Assembly: GCF_963676685.1 (NCBI RefSeq)
Contig: NC_092356.1
Span: 64,604,001 to 64,668,000, forward strand
Origin: Mytilus edulis
Lineage: Eukaryota
Direction: 5' to 3'
DNA: 64,000 nt
Shown here: one piece after another, positions 27,106-38,950 of the stretch
Layout: each line of letters opens with the position of its first letter
Numbering within the stretch: position 1 is the first letter of the stretch
The notes under the pieces: generated by a model
What the model saw: the letters and a program-made list of their open reading frames with translations, nothing else
What the model was told of the DNA's origin: nothing
Databases searched by the model: none
Made by a program: the position numbers and the translations under genes

Positions 27106-28221
27106 AACTCTGGATATGCTTTATATGCAATAATATTGTTATGTTAATTAGCTTGTATTTGAGTTAATTTTTATAACAGGGACCATTCGTCCTTCTGAAC
27201 AAAATGTGATAACCTGAGTATAGCTACAATTTGGGTTGTACATTTCTGAAAAGGCGTTTTGGTCTTTTTTATATACTTGCTAAAAGGTCTGCAAAACATT
27301 TAGCCCTATTTGTTCCGTAAATAAAAATTTTATCATACATATTATTTAAATTGTCCAAATTTGACTAAGGTACAAGGTATTAAGAAAATTAAAATAAAAA
27401 AAAGCAAATTTTATATTGATCGAGTTAACATGGCATCAAATCATAAATAAATCCAAGGTTTTGTAAAATCTCTTTATTTTCCTTGTTTTTCCTCAAGTTT
27501 GAATTTAGTTTAGATTGGAAAAGTATGTGAGCACCTAATATATATAGCTAAAAAACATCTTTATATTTGATGAGATCACGTCAATAGATAAAATAAATCT
27601 TCTATTGAATAATTTTGTTATTTCTTGTCTGCGCACGATGTTTCCCCAATGGACATACAAATGAAAATCTGCATACATTTTGAAATTTTCATCGCTTTTG
27701 TAAAAACTGCACATATTATGACGTAATTGTGACGTCATAAGAAACAAATCTTTATGTTTTTCTTTTATGTCGTTACCTTGGGCAAGTGTACAGATCCCCG
27801 TCCTTATCACTTGTCTAATCTTTATTGCATACGTGTTGTAAAACATAGATATATATAAATATAAACGAGTCTAAATTGAAAACTACGTTCAAACCTATGA
27901 TTGCGTTGGATAAAAACTGCAATTTTTATACGTGTGTATGTAAATCAAATTTCGTTGTAGAAGGGTCTAAATACAGCACATACAACATTTTCCAAAAGAC
28001 CAGAAAAGAGAAAAAGTATATTTAAACAAAACGCATTTGACTAACAGGTCGAACAACTGATGTTCTTTAACCTTGCTGACTGTCATTGGCGATTGCCTAA
28101 TAAAATTGATCACAAGATGTAACAAAATGGATCTTAATATATATTTAATACTAAACAGAAAACAATTAACTTGTGGCCACGATGTTATGCCACAAACATA
28201 AGATGTCAATATTTTTTTTGT

Positions 28222-28265
28222 ACACCAGATCCGGATTTCGACAATAAATGTCTCTTCAGTGATAT
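28222..28265 (-). ncRNA. Minimal type I hammerhead ribozyme with intact core
   Basis: Minus strand reads ATATCA-CTGAAGA-GACA-tttat-TGTC-GAAA-TCCGGA-TC-TGGTGT: CUGANGA and GAAA boxes, 4-bp stem II, palindromic stem III (AUCCGGAU), AUC cleavage triplet, 6-bp stem I. Confidence 0.85.
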
Positions 28266-28296
28266 TAGGGATCGAAACGGTATTTGGAAGGCCATA

Positions 28297-30755
28297 TTTT
28301 TAGCTCACCTGGCCTAAAAGGCCAAGTGAGCTTTTCTCATCACTTGGCGTCCGTCGTCGTTGTCGTCGTTAACAATTTTTCAAACGTCTTCTCCTCTGAA
28401 ACTACTGAGTGGATTTGAATGAAACTTAGCATGATTGTTCCTTAGGTTATCCTGCACAAAGTGTGTTTCGATTTTTGATCCGTAAAAAAACATGGCCGCC
28501 GTTACTTAAAATAGAACATAGGGGTCAAATGCCGTTTTTGGCTTATATCTCAAAAACGAAAGCATTTAGAGCAAATCTGACAGGGGTAAAAATGTTCATC
28601 AGGTCAAGATCTATCAGCCCTGAAATTTTTAGTTGAATCAAACAAACCATTGTTGGGTTGCTGCCACTTAATTGGTATTTTTTAGGAAATTGTGCAGTTT
28701 TTGGTCATTATCTTGAATATTATTATAGATAAAGATAAACTGTAAACAGCAAAAATGATCAGCAAAGTAAGATCTACAAATAAGTTAATATGACCAAAAT
28801 TGTTAATTGACCCCTTAAGGGGTTATTGTCCTTTAATGACAATTTTTCACAATTTGTTCATCACATTTGCTAACTTTAAAAAATCATCTCCTCTGAAACT
28901 ACTGAATGGATTTGGATGAAACATAGCATGATTGTTCCTTAGGTTATCCAGCACAAAGTGTGTGCTTCGATTTTTGATCCGTCAAAAAACATGGCCGCTG
29001 TTACTTAAAATAAAACATAGGGGTAAAATGCAGTTTTTGGCTTATATCTCAAAAACGAAAGCATTTAGAGCAAATCTGACATGGGGTAAAAATGTTCATC
29101 AGGTCAAGATCTATCAGCCCTGAAATTTTCAGATGAATCAAACAAACCATTGTTGGGTTGCTGCCACTTAAGGTAGATCACAAGTATATATTTTTTGAGA
29201 CAGATTTTTTTTATAATTTGCCAAAATGAAGATTTTACTATGCTCTTTTCAAAAAATTAATAAAAAGTATGGGTCACCGTGCTATTTTTCAAGCTATGAG
29301 GCGTTGAAAATTGCCAAAATTTGGTTAGTTTGTTCATGAAAATACACATTAGTGTGCATAAAAAAATTTTTATGAGATAGAATTTTGAAATAAATTGTGA
29401 GAAGAAAGGTTTCATAAAATGTTTTAAGAAAATAAAAAGAAAACATGGTGTCACCGAACTTGTTTTCTTGCTGCAAAAAAATTAAAAAATTTCCCTATTA
29501 GCCCAGTATAAATTTTGTACGAAAAGAGTTATCTCCCCTTAAATGGCTCATTTGAAAAAAATGATTTTAAAACAAAAAAAAAATATATTTGTTAAAATAT
29601 TTTGTATAATACGATTAATTAACAAGTTTTATTTAAATAGAACAAACAGTCTAACAATTGAGTTGCAAATCTGTATCCAAATTTGCAGATTTAGGCAAAT
29701 AATTAGACCGATTTTGTACTGTGATTGTACAATCCAAGATGGCGGTATACCATGGATCTACCTTAATCGGTAATTTAAGGAAATTTTGCAGTTTTTGGTC
29801 ATTATCTTGAATATTATTATAGATAAAGATAAACTGTAAACAGCAAAAATGATCAGCAAAGTAAGATCTACAAATAGGTTAAATGACCAAAATTGTCAAT
29901 TGACCCCTTAAGGGGTTATTGTCCTTTAATGACAATTTTTCACAATTTGTTCATCATATTTGCTTTAAAAAAAAATCTTCTCCTCTAAAACTACATAACC
30001 AAATTCAACCAAACTTCAACTGAATGATCAATAGGGTGTATAAAATAAAGTTTGTGCTTTATTTTTTATTTCGTCAAAAAACATGGCCGTCATGGCTAAA
30101 AATAGAACATAGGGTAAAATGCAGTTTTTGGCTTATATTTCAAAAACTCCAGCATTTAGAGTAAATAAGACAAGAAGTTAAAGTATTTATTAGGTCAAGG
30201 TCTACCTGTCCCGAAATTTTCAGCCGAATTGGATAACTGGTTTTTCAGGTATAATGCCCCTGAATTGATGATTTTAAAGAAATTTTGCAGTTTTTGGTTA
30301 TTATCTTGAATATTATTATAGATACAGATAAACTGCTAGTAGCAAAAATTTTAAGCAAAGTAAGATCTACAAATAAGTCAATTTGACCAAAATTGTCAAT
30401 TGACCCCTTAAGGAGTTATTGCCCTTTAAAGACTTTTTTCACAATTTGTTCACTATGTTGACTTACTTTAAAAAATCTTCTCCTTTGAAACTGCTGTATC
30501 AATTTCAGCCAAACTTAGGCTAAATGAGTTTGATGGTATCTAGTATAAATTTTATATTTCATTTCCTTGTATGTCAGAAACATTGCTCCTATGGCTAAAA
30601 TAAAACATAGGAGAAAATGATTTTTTTTTGCTTTTGAAGAAAATAGGACGATTCAAAGAACATTTAAATAAATTGAAAAGCCAAAATAATCATTGATGAG
30701 AGATTTAACCAAAAAAAATAAGGTGAGCGATTCAGGCTCTTGAGAGCCTCTTGTT
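28297..30755 (+). mobile_element. Helentron-associated (HINE/DINE-1-like) element with internal ~500-bp tandem repeats
   Basis: 5' TTTTTAGCTCACCT, hairpin and (GTC)n; 3' AGGTGAGC subterminal inverted repeat, hairpin AGGCTCTTGAGAGCCT and TTGTT. Internal units start near 28385, 28885, 29975, 30475. Confidence 0.85.
29172..29762. mobile_element. Kolobok-like MITE nested in the HINE
   Basis: TTAA duplicated at 29168-29171 and 29763-29766, with terminal inverted repeats GGTAGATC/GATCTACC. The paralogous repeat unit (~28667) has a single TTAA. Confidence 0.85.
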
Positions 30756-33700
30756 AGATAGACTCTTGTATTTTAAGAGTCAATATAGGATAAACGGATC
30801 ATATAAACCGGAGGGAAAATATGATACAAGCCCAAACGAAAAAATATAAACGAGTCTAAATTAAAAACTACGTTCAAACCTATGATTGCGTTGGATAAAA
30901 ACCACAATTTTTATACGTGTGCATGTAAAACAAATTTCGTTGTAGAAGGGTATAAATACAGCACAAAAACATTATCATATATATAGATATATACATATAT
31001 CTATAAATATAAACATTGATGAATTTCAAGACTCTATGTGATAATACGAGAAATGTAAATACATAATACAACGATATCGATTGTGTTCACAGATGTTCAT
31101 ATATCAGCTAAATACGAAGACAAATGAAGGCAAGACACACACACTATGGAAATTGCATTGGCTCTAAAAAGATCGAGACCAGGTGTGACGACTGTGTAAT
31201 CGTTTACTATTATGCATCATTAGCTTCAGTACGAGTCCGAACTTAGTTGAAATGTCACATCCGGGAATATGACATAATAGGTAAAACTAAGAGATCAGAA
31301 AACTATTCTGGTATAAAAAGACCTAAGGATGCAAAAACACGTCACTAGTGAGTTCAGACACAGACATATAGTATATGTTCATCAATCACTAAAGGTGACC
31401 ATAAAATTTATAAGATAAAAACATGATTTAAGTATGTTCTTGATAAAGTTAAATCCAAAAAAGGGCTCCGGACAGATGAAATTTATACCGTGTTGATTGA
31501 ATTTTATACTACATTTAATACTGACGCTAACGCAGTATATACATAGCTCTACATTCAAGTAACAACTCAAAAATACCGATCTCAACGTTAAATCTCTTAA
31601 AAGCTAAAATATATCAAACGAATGAAAAACAACTGTCATATTCCTATCTGGATATATTCATTTCCTTGTGTAGAAAATAATGCACATAACCCGGTTGTAT
31701 AACTAGCTAACACTCTCATTTGTTAAAAAGTAACACAAAAATTTCATTATATTGGCAAAAATGAACATTGTAGAAACACGAAGACAGACAATAGGAATAA
31801 ATATTCGAAAATGGGGTACAGCAGTCCAAGTTGTGTTTCTGTAGCTATAAAATGTAGATCAAATCTAAAAAGTAGTAAAACATGCATGGTTTGTGAAACA
31901 GCTGTATTTACAAAGTGCCACCTACATGTATTATTACGTAATTACTAGTAATCAAGGCTTTAATTGTATTCTAAATTGTTTATAACATAAGGATCTCTTA
32001 AATTGTTGTTAGAGAAAATTGTATTAATTTCACAATAATTGCTTTGCCAAACAGACGCCGAGTAATTACAAAGCAGTTTATTGAATTCATATAAAAAAGG
32101 CATATATATCAAAGTGACATTCAAACTCATTAGTCGAAAAGAAACTATCAACGTCATGGCTAAAAAAGTAAATCGACCAACAGATTACTTATAAAGACTG
32201 ATTAAAACGAATCCGGCCTACAAAAATGTGGGGAGTTCTCATTGGTCTAGTAAGGTAAGCAAATCCTGTGCCACATGTAGATCCCGTCTTATTGCTAATG
32301 TTAGTACGAACACGGTAATCAGTCTCACTTGGTAGGTCGTAAACAGGATTGTAGTTACAAAATCATATATCCGCTATAAGCTGTTAAACGGATATCCCTC
32401 ACCGGTCAACCACTTGTAAACTTTACGAATGGATGATTTCAGCTAAACCACTTTGAGCTCTTGGTACAATGTCCCTTGTGAGAAGCAACCTTCTACCAAG
32501 AAAGTCATGTAACTGATCGATGTGTGTATGACTTCATATTAGAAATCATATTTGGAAACCAGTAGATAAAGTAAGTATCTATAAATATTTAACATCTCCC
32601 AAAAGAGCCGTGACTTGTGAAACAGCTGTATTTACAAATAGCAAACTATAAAATTGAGAATGAAAATACATGTATTATTATGTAATTACTAGCAATTAAG
32701 ACTACAGTGTATTTTAAATTGTTTATAAAGTAAGGATCTGTAAAATTGTTGTATAGAGAATATCTTCAATTACACCATGATTGCATTGCTAGAAGGACGT
32801 CATGTTATTACAAAGCAGTATATTAAGTTTATGCAATTGATTAAATTATGTATTGTGATTCATTTAAACTATAATTTCAAAGACGACTTTGTATATGGAA
32901 GTAAATACATAGTTATATTGCAATGCACTTTCGAATTAAGTTATATTTGAAGTAGGCGATCCCATGGGGGCTGAGAAAGATGAATAATTGGAATGTAATT
33001 GAAAAATCAATAGTTGATTATATGGCAAAATGATTAATTTAAATCTGTTTGCCTTTCTGAGTATAAAAAGTACATGTATTCTTTGTAACTTTTGACAGAT
33101 GGTTATCATTATTGTAGGATACATACATGCGGGTATGTTAATTTAAATCAATGAGAAAGTTTTAAAGCTTTTTCCAATATTTTATTTTATAAAACAACCA
33201 ATATGTCAGTGATAATAACAATAATATATTCAATAACATTATTTTTCAATATAAAAAAGAAGATGTGGTATGATTGCCAATGAAACAAGTATCCACAAAA
33301 GACCAAAATGACACAGACATTAACAACTATAGGTCACCGTACGGCCTTCAACAATGAGCAAAGCCCATACCGCATAGTCAGCTATAATAGGCCCGGATAA
33401 GACAATGTACAAAAAAAAATGTAAAACAATTCAAACGAGAAAACTAACGGCCTTATTTATGTAAAAAAATGAACGAAAAACAAATAATCTTGTAACATAT
33501 AAACAAACGACAACCACTGAATTACAGGCTCCTGACTTGGGACAGGCACATACATAAATAATGTGTCGGGGTTAAACAAGACTAGTTTAACCTAAACATA
33601 GTCGCTAAATGCAACTTCCAAAAATGCAAACTCGCTAGATATTTTCAATTTAAATTTGATATCTGGATCATATTTCGAGATCGACACCAATCTTATTGAT

Positions 33701-33891
33701 CAACAATCAATGGTTTATTAATCTGCAAAGCATATTAAAACAGAAAAAAAATGTTTAATAGAAAAACTTTTTTACAAAACAATATTTACAGTTTTGTATT
33801 GAGCATATACTTAAGCCTTGACTACAAAGGTTCTGAGGGCGTCAAACAAAGAACACGATTTACTAACATAATACTCAAGTTACATTTGCTA

Positions 33892-35523
33892 ATGCCCGCG
33901 ACACACTGTCCCGATTTTTACGCCGATGGCAACACGATTATGGAAATTTTCAAAATCGGGACTAATCGTATCCAGATCGGGCTATTCGTAGTTCCATCTT
34001 TAACCATCGTAGAACCATTGGCCACTTTTTCTAGCCTTCGGGGACAACGTCGGGAAGGGTTCTAAATTTTTTAACATGTTAAAAAATCTCCGAAGGTGCT
34101 TCCGATGTTGAGGGTTCGTATTGAGTTCGTATCACCATCCTCACCATCGTAATGTCACCGGGAATGCATCTTTGAACATCGTATTGCATTCGTGTTTCCA
34201 TCGTTTTCATCGGGCAGTTTTGACATTACGATGTCTACACTAATGAATCACGAAGCTACCCGAAGGTCTAACGATGGCAACACGACTTCGTGAAGACCTC
34301 GTAATCCCGTCGTGTTGCCATCGAATAAAAGTACGAAGGCGACAAGATGGAACTACGACGACAATAAATCCAGCTAAATGTAAGTTAATTTTCGCGCTAA
34401 AATACATTTAAAGTGCCATGCGCGATATGCACTGGTCAGTCTAATACGACAGTTAAGAAAGACGTTCACAAAACATGGAGCTCATATCATATGATTCTAT
34501 GAGAACAAGAAATGCGACAGCGTTGTTTCTATTAGTTCAAATGGAACAAGAAGAGCAGCTATTACAGGCTCAGGATTTACTTTTACAAGTAAAATATTAT
34601 TTTTTGTCAATTTTTCATATCAAGTAACATAATGAAAATCATAAACGTGCCTCGTACACCAACACTGCAAGTACACGTATATAGGGAAACCAACTTTTTC
34701 TTCATTATTCTGATATGTTATGTATCGTCTGAGTTGTTGTCACACGAATGTTTACTCCATAACCATTTTGTTTGTTATATGTCATAATTTGCCGTATTTG
34801 TTGTTGTTTCGGCCACATCCTTCCTTTTGTCTATATTATAATGATATTCTCCTGGAAAGAGCTCTTTTTGAATAAAAGGGATCAACGAACCCATTACCTT
34901 ACCTTTAAAATAGATCAGTAAACATGGGCATAATTATGGGTGATTATTCAGACTAGTGCACACATTTTACAGTTCAAACAAGGCAATGCCGAGCGTGGCA
35001 TCCCCTCGTATGTAACATATTGGGGACAAATATGGACACTATATTTGTATATGACACATGCAGAAAATGGTAAATTGAATATGCATATTTGATACATAAA
35101 CTATTTTTTTAGAAATCAACCAAAACATTCAGTAACTGGAAATACCTTTAATATTGTCAATTTCCTGTGTATTATGCTATATCAAGCTGTACACGACGTA
35201 TTTTAGACATCGTATGGCCATCGCGCCATCATCGTAATCCATCGTGTAGCCTTCGTAATCCATCGTGTAGTCTTCGTGATCCATCGTGTAGGTTTCGGCT
35301 GAGATATGAAGCTTAAATACCTGTCTTCGGTTAACCTTCATATGTCCATCTTTTGCTATCGTATATAATTTCGGCACCATCGTATAGACTTCGTTGTTCA
35401 TCGTACTTGCTTCGGTCACTTTTTGGTATTTTAACGAGATCGGGACCAACTTCGTACGAACTTACAATTTTCGCATTCGGGTGTCCATCGTATATAAAAA
35501 TCGGGACAGTGTGACGCGGGCAT
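33892..35523 (+). mobile_element. Non-autonomous TIR DNA transposon (PIF/Harbinger/ISL2EU-like) with TA target duplication
   Basis: TIRs ATGCCCGCG(A/T)CACACTGTCCCGATTTTTA at both ends, TA on each side, 21-bp subterminal CCATCGTGTAG repeats (~35218-35295). Absent from the paralogous sites. Confidence 0.85.
34475..34588 (+). pseudogene. Possible remnant first exon of the transposon gene (MELISYDSMRTRNATALFLLVQMEQEEQLLQAQDLLLQ)
   Basis: ATG, 38 open codons, then GTAAAA. No catalytic domain follows. Confidence 0.35.
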
Positions 35524-37153
35524 TACGCAAATGTGTTATGATTTGCTCGGAAAATTAACAAAACAATAATGTTATTCTAGTCAATTACATCTTTAAAAAT
35601 TTAATCAAACATCATATATATTGTACAAAATATTATTATATTGTGTTTTATGATTTAATCAAAACAAGCTTAAATATCATTTATTGTAAAAAAATCATCT
35701 AAGAAAAACATATTTTGATTTGAAATTCGTTCATTTTTCTACAACGCAATATGGTTCGTTGTATGTGGTGATTCAGTTACCTAATCTTTCATCCAATATA
35801 TTGTCAAAGTTAAGAAGCTTTAGATAATGAATTTATGAATATTTTAAGGCCAGCAAACCGTTATAAAAAAATAAAGACTACGAATACTATAATTAACACG
35901 ACTTCAAAAGGATCTCATTTAGTAGGAATGCACTGTTCTGTCTATGCTGGTTGAACTCCAAAATGTATAACAGAATATATAATGTTTTATGTGGCTATAG
36001 CAGAGGGTCATTATGTATTTCTCTCTGCTAATTCAGGATTCCGATGAGTCTGTCCCGTATCAGATTTAAGATAATTGGTTAGCGTAGTTTACCACGTAAT
36101 TTGGTACCACGATCGTAACAACTGGTACATTTGTTTACAAAATTAACTGACAAAACGTGTTACGAACTACTTATACGTAAACAGAAAGTTGTATAAGGTT
36201 AACCAAAAACATATTTAGCTTACCATTTAGGTGGGGCCACATCAAATTCAAACTTAATAGACATTGTTATTGTTAGCGTAAAGTTTTCCAAATGTATAGC
36301 AAGGTAGGGTTTTGACCAACATTCCAGATTAACAGATACAAAAAACATGGAAATGTGAGAGTTCAAACAGGTTAGGGTGTCTTGTATGAAAAAAGGTTAA
36401 TTAGTACTTTGTTCGTAGTACTTAATTCTTTAATATGACATTAAGAAAATGTGGTATAATTGCCAATCGGACAACTTTCAACAAGTGACTAATTGACACA
36501 GACATAAAGTTATATGGGGCACCATACGTCATTTAAAAATGCGCAATGCTCATACTACATAGTCAGCTATAACACAGCCCGATGTGACAAATGTAAAACA
36601 ATTCAAACGAGACAACTATCGACCTAATGCATGTACAAAAAAGTAAACGAAAAACAAATATACTACACAGCATAACAAATTGACTTGGGACAGCCACATA
36701 CAAAATGTTGAAAGGTTAAACAAGTTTGAATGCCCCTACCCTTCTCCCAATCTTGGACAGGAGTGGTACAGTATAACATGAGAACAAACTATTACAAAAA
36801 TCAGTTGAAAATGGCTTTACTCTGTAGATACAAATAGAAGTACATATTTCAAAATTTAGAGTGGATGTACTTATACATCCTCACAACTAACAACTTTTTA
36901 GATTCTGTTTTTTTTTTTCTATTTCAAACTGGAAATTAAAGCAACAGTTGATAGATTGTGTCTATGGAAGAAATACATAGCACTATTTGCATCATCTTAT
37001 GTTGCATAATGAAAACACGAAATTGATAGTATCTTGTATTACTGTTTAAAACAGAGAATAAAGCACTTGAACGCTAGTCTCCTGATTTGTCCTCTTGTAC
37101 TTTTTCTCCTTAGGAAACACAGGAATAAGTGTAAAATGTAATTACGACAATCA

Positions 37154-38950
37154 CACTTGGTACAATTTAAAACCTGATAATAAATTGTTCAAATAAGGCC
37201 TTCGAAAAATAGTGGTATAAATTACTTTTGGAGTGTCAAGAACTCGTTGGAAGTACTTGATAAATTGCATGCTTATATTGGTGATTTTGAATCTGTTCAA
37301 AGTTTTGATTTTTCTACCCTGTATACCACAATGCCTCACATTCTCATTAAGAAAAAATTCACACACCTAATTAAATGGGCATTCAAAAAATCAGAATGTG
37401 AATATATATGTTCAAACTCTTTTAGGTCATCTTTTAGTAGCAATAAACAAAAAAACTATGTTAATTGGACATGCTTTGATACTATATATGCCCTTGAATT
37501 TTTACTAGACAACATTTTTGTTCGCTTTGGGGACTCCGTATATCGTCAGATTATCGGAATTCCAATGGGGACTAACTGTGCACCACTTATTGCGGACCTG
37601 TTTTTGTATTGTTATGAGTTACAATTTATGACAAAAATAAGCAAAGACTCATCGAAACAACATCTGATAAACAAATTTAATAATACTTTGAGATATTTGG
37701 ATGATATTTTGGCTCTCAATAATGACGACTTCAGTATGTATATTAATGAAATTTATCCTGTTGAACTTACTTTAAATAAAGCTAATACTAACAATGACCA
37801 CTGCCTTTTTCTCGATCTTGATATCTATATCACTAATGGAATGCTGAATACTAAAATTTATGATAAAAGGGATGATTTTTCATTTCCTATCGTTAATTAT
37901 CCGCTTTTTGATGGTGACGTTCCCTTGTCACCATCTTACTGTGTTTATATATCTCAACTTGTACGATTCGCTCGTGTATGTAACAATGTTTTAGATTTTA
38001 ACGAGAGAAATTTATGTATTACTGAAAAATTATAACACCAGGGTTTTCGATATCACAAACTAGTCAAAACATTCACTAAATTTTATCATCGGTATAAAGA
38101 CATCATTCGTAAATATAGCTCAACATGCAGACTTCTAATACGTTCAGGTATTTCACATCCAAATTTATGGAAATATTCTTTATAAAGCACAAAGGTGTCA
38201 GTATTCACCTCAGAAACTTACAAAACCTTTGAATAGACTTATTAAGAAGGGATATAATTACGATACTGTTGTCAAGTCATTAAAGATTGCATATTTTGGC
38301 GTTAATATTGAGTCACTGATAAGGTCTTTGCATCGGAACTAAACACATCTATTCTAAAAACAGTTGTTATGTTATGATGGTATGATACTAAACCCCTAAC
38401 GGGAAGGATTGTGCCTGATGTTCATATGATGAAATCATAATCTTTCAGTCAGTTTAATTGAAGTCTGGAGCTGGCATGTCAGTTAACTGCTAGTAGTCTG
38501 TTGTTATTTATGTATTATTGTCATTTTGTTTATTTTCTTTGGTTACATCTTCTGACATCAGACTCGGACTTCTCTTGAACTGAATTTTAATGTGCGTATT
38601 GTGATGCGTTTACTTTTCTACATTGGTTAGAGGTATAGGGGGAGGGTTGAGATCTCATAAATATGTTTAACCCCGCCGCATTTTTGCGCGTGTCCCAAGT
38701 CAGGAGCCTCTGGCCTTTGTTAGTCTTGTATTATTTTAATTTTAGTTTCTTGTGTACAATTTGGAAATTAGTATGGCGTTCATTATCACTGGACTAGTAT
38801 ATATTTGTTTAGGGGCCAGCTGAGGGACGCCTCTGGGTGCGGGAATTTTTCGCTACATTGAAGACCTGTTGGTGACCCTCTGCTGTTGTTTTTTATTTGG
38901 TCGGGTTGTTGTCTCTTTGACACATTCCCCATTTCCATTCTCAATTTTAT
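37154..38950 (+). mobile_element. 5'-truncated Penelope-like retroelement, family 1
   Basis: Inserted between AATCA and TCTTTCATAAG relative to paralog ~61140, with no clear TSD. Contains RT plus a ~600-bp 3' UTR ending CCATTCTCAATTTTAT. Confidence 0.9.
37209..38342 (+). pseudogene. PLE reverse transcriptase (premature stop at 38033, frameshift near 38165)
   Basis: Motifs SFDFSTLYT, GIPMGTNCAPLIADLFLY, RYLDDIL, FLDL, YDKRDDF, VYISQLVRF. No GIY-YIG domain follows the RT. Confidence 0.92.

Larger units (their letters stand above)
27858..30970 (-). mobile_element. Hammerhead-bearing repeat family H3 (~525-nt unit plus ~125-nt terminal direct repeat), split by a HINE insertion
   Basis: AATATAAACGAGTCTAAATT...AATACAGCACA repeats at 27858 and 30843. 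Removing 28297-30755 leaves a period of ~525 nt. Confidence 0.7.

Noticed and set aside
35177-35449. 90-aa ORF with YTMD repeats
   Set aside because: It is a by-product of the 21-bp subterminal repeats of the TIR element.
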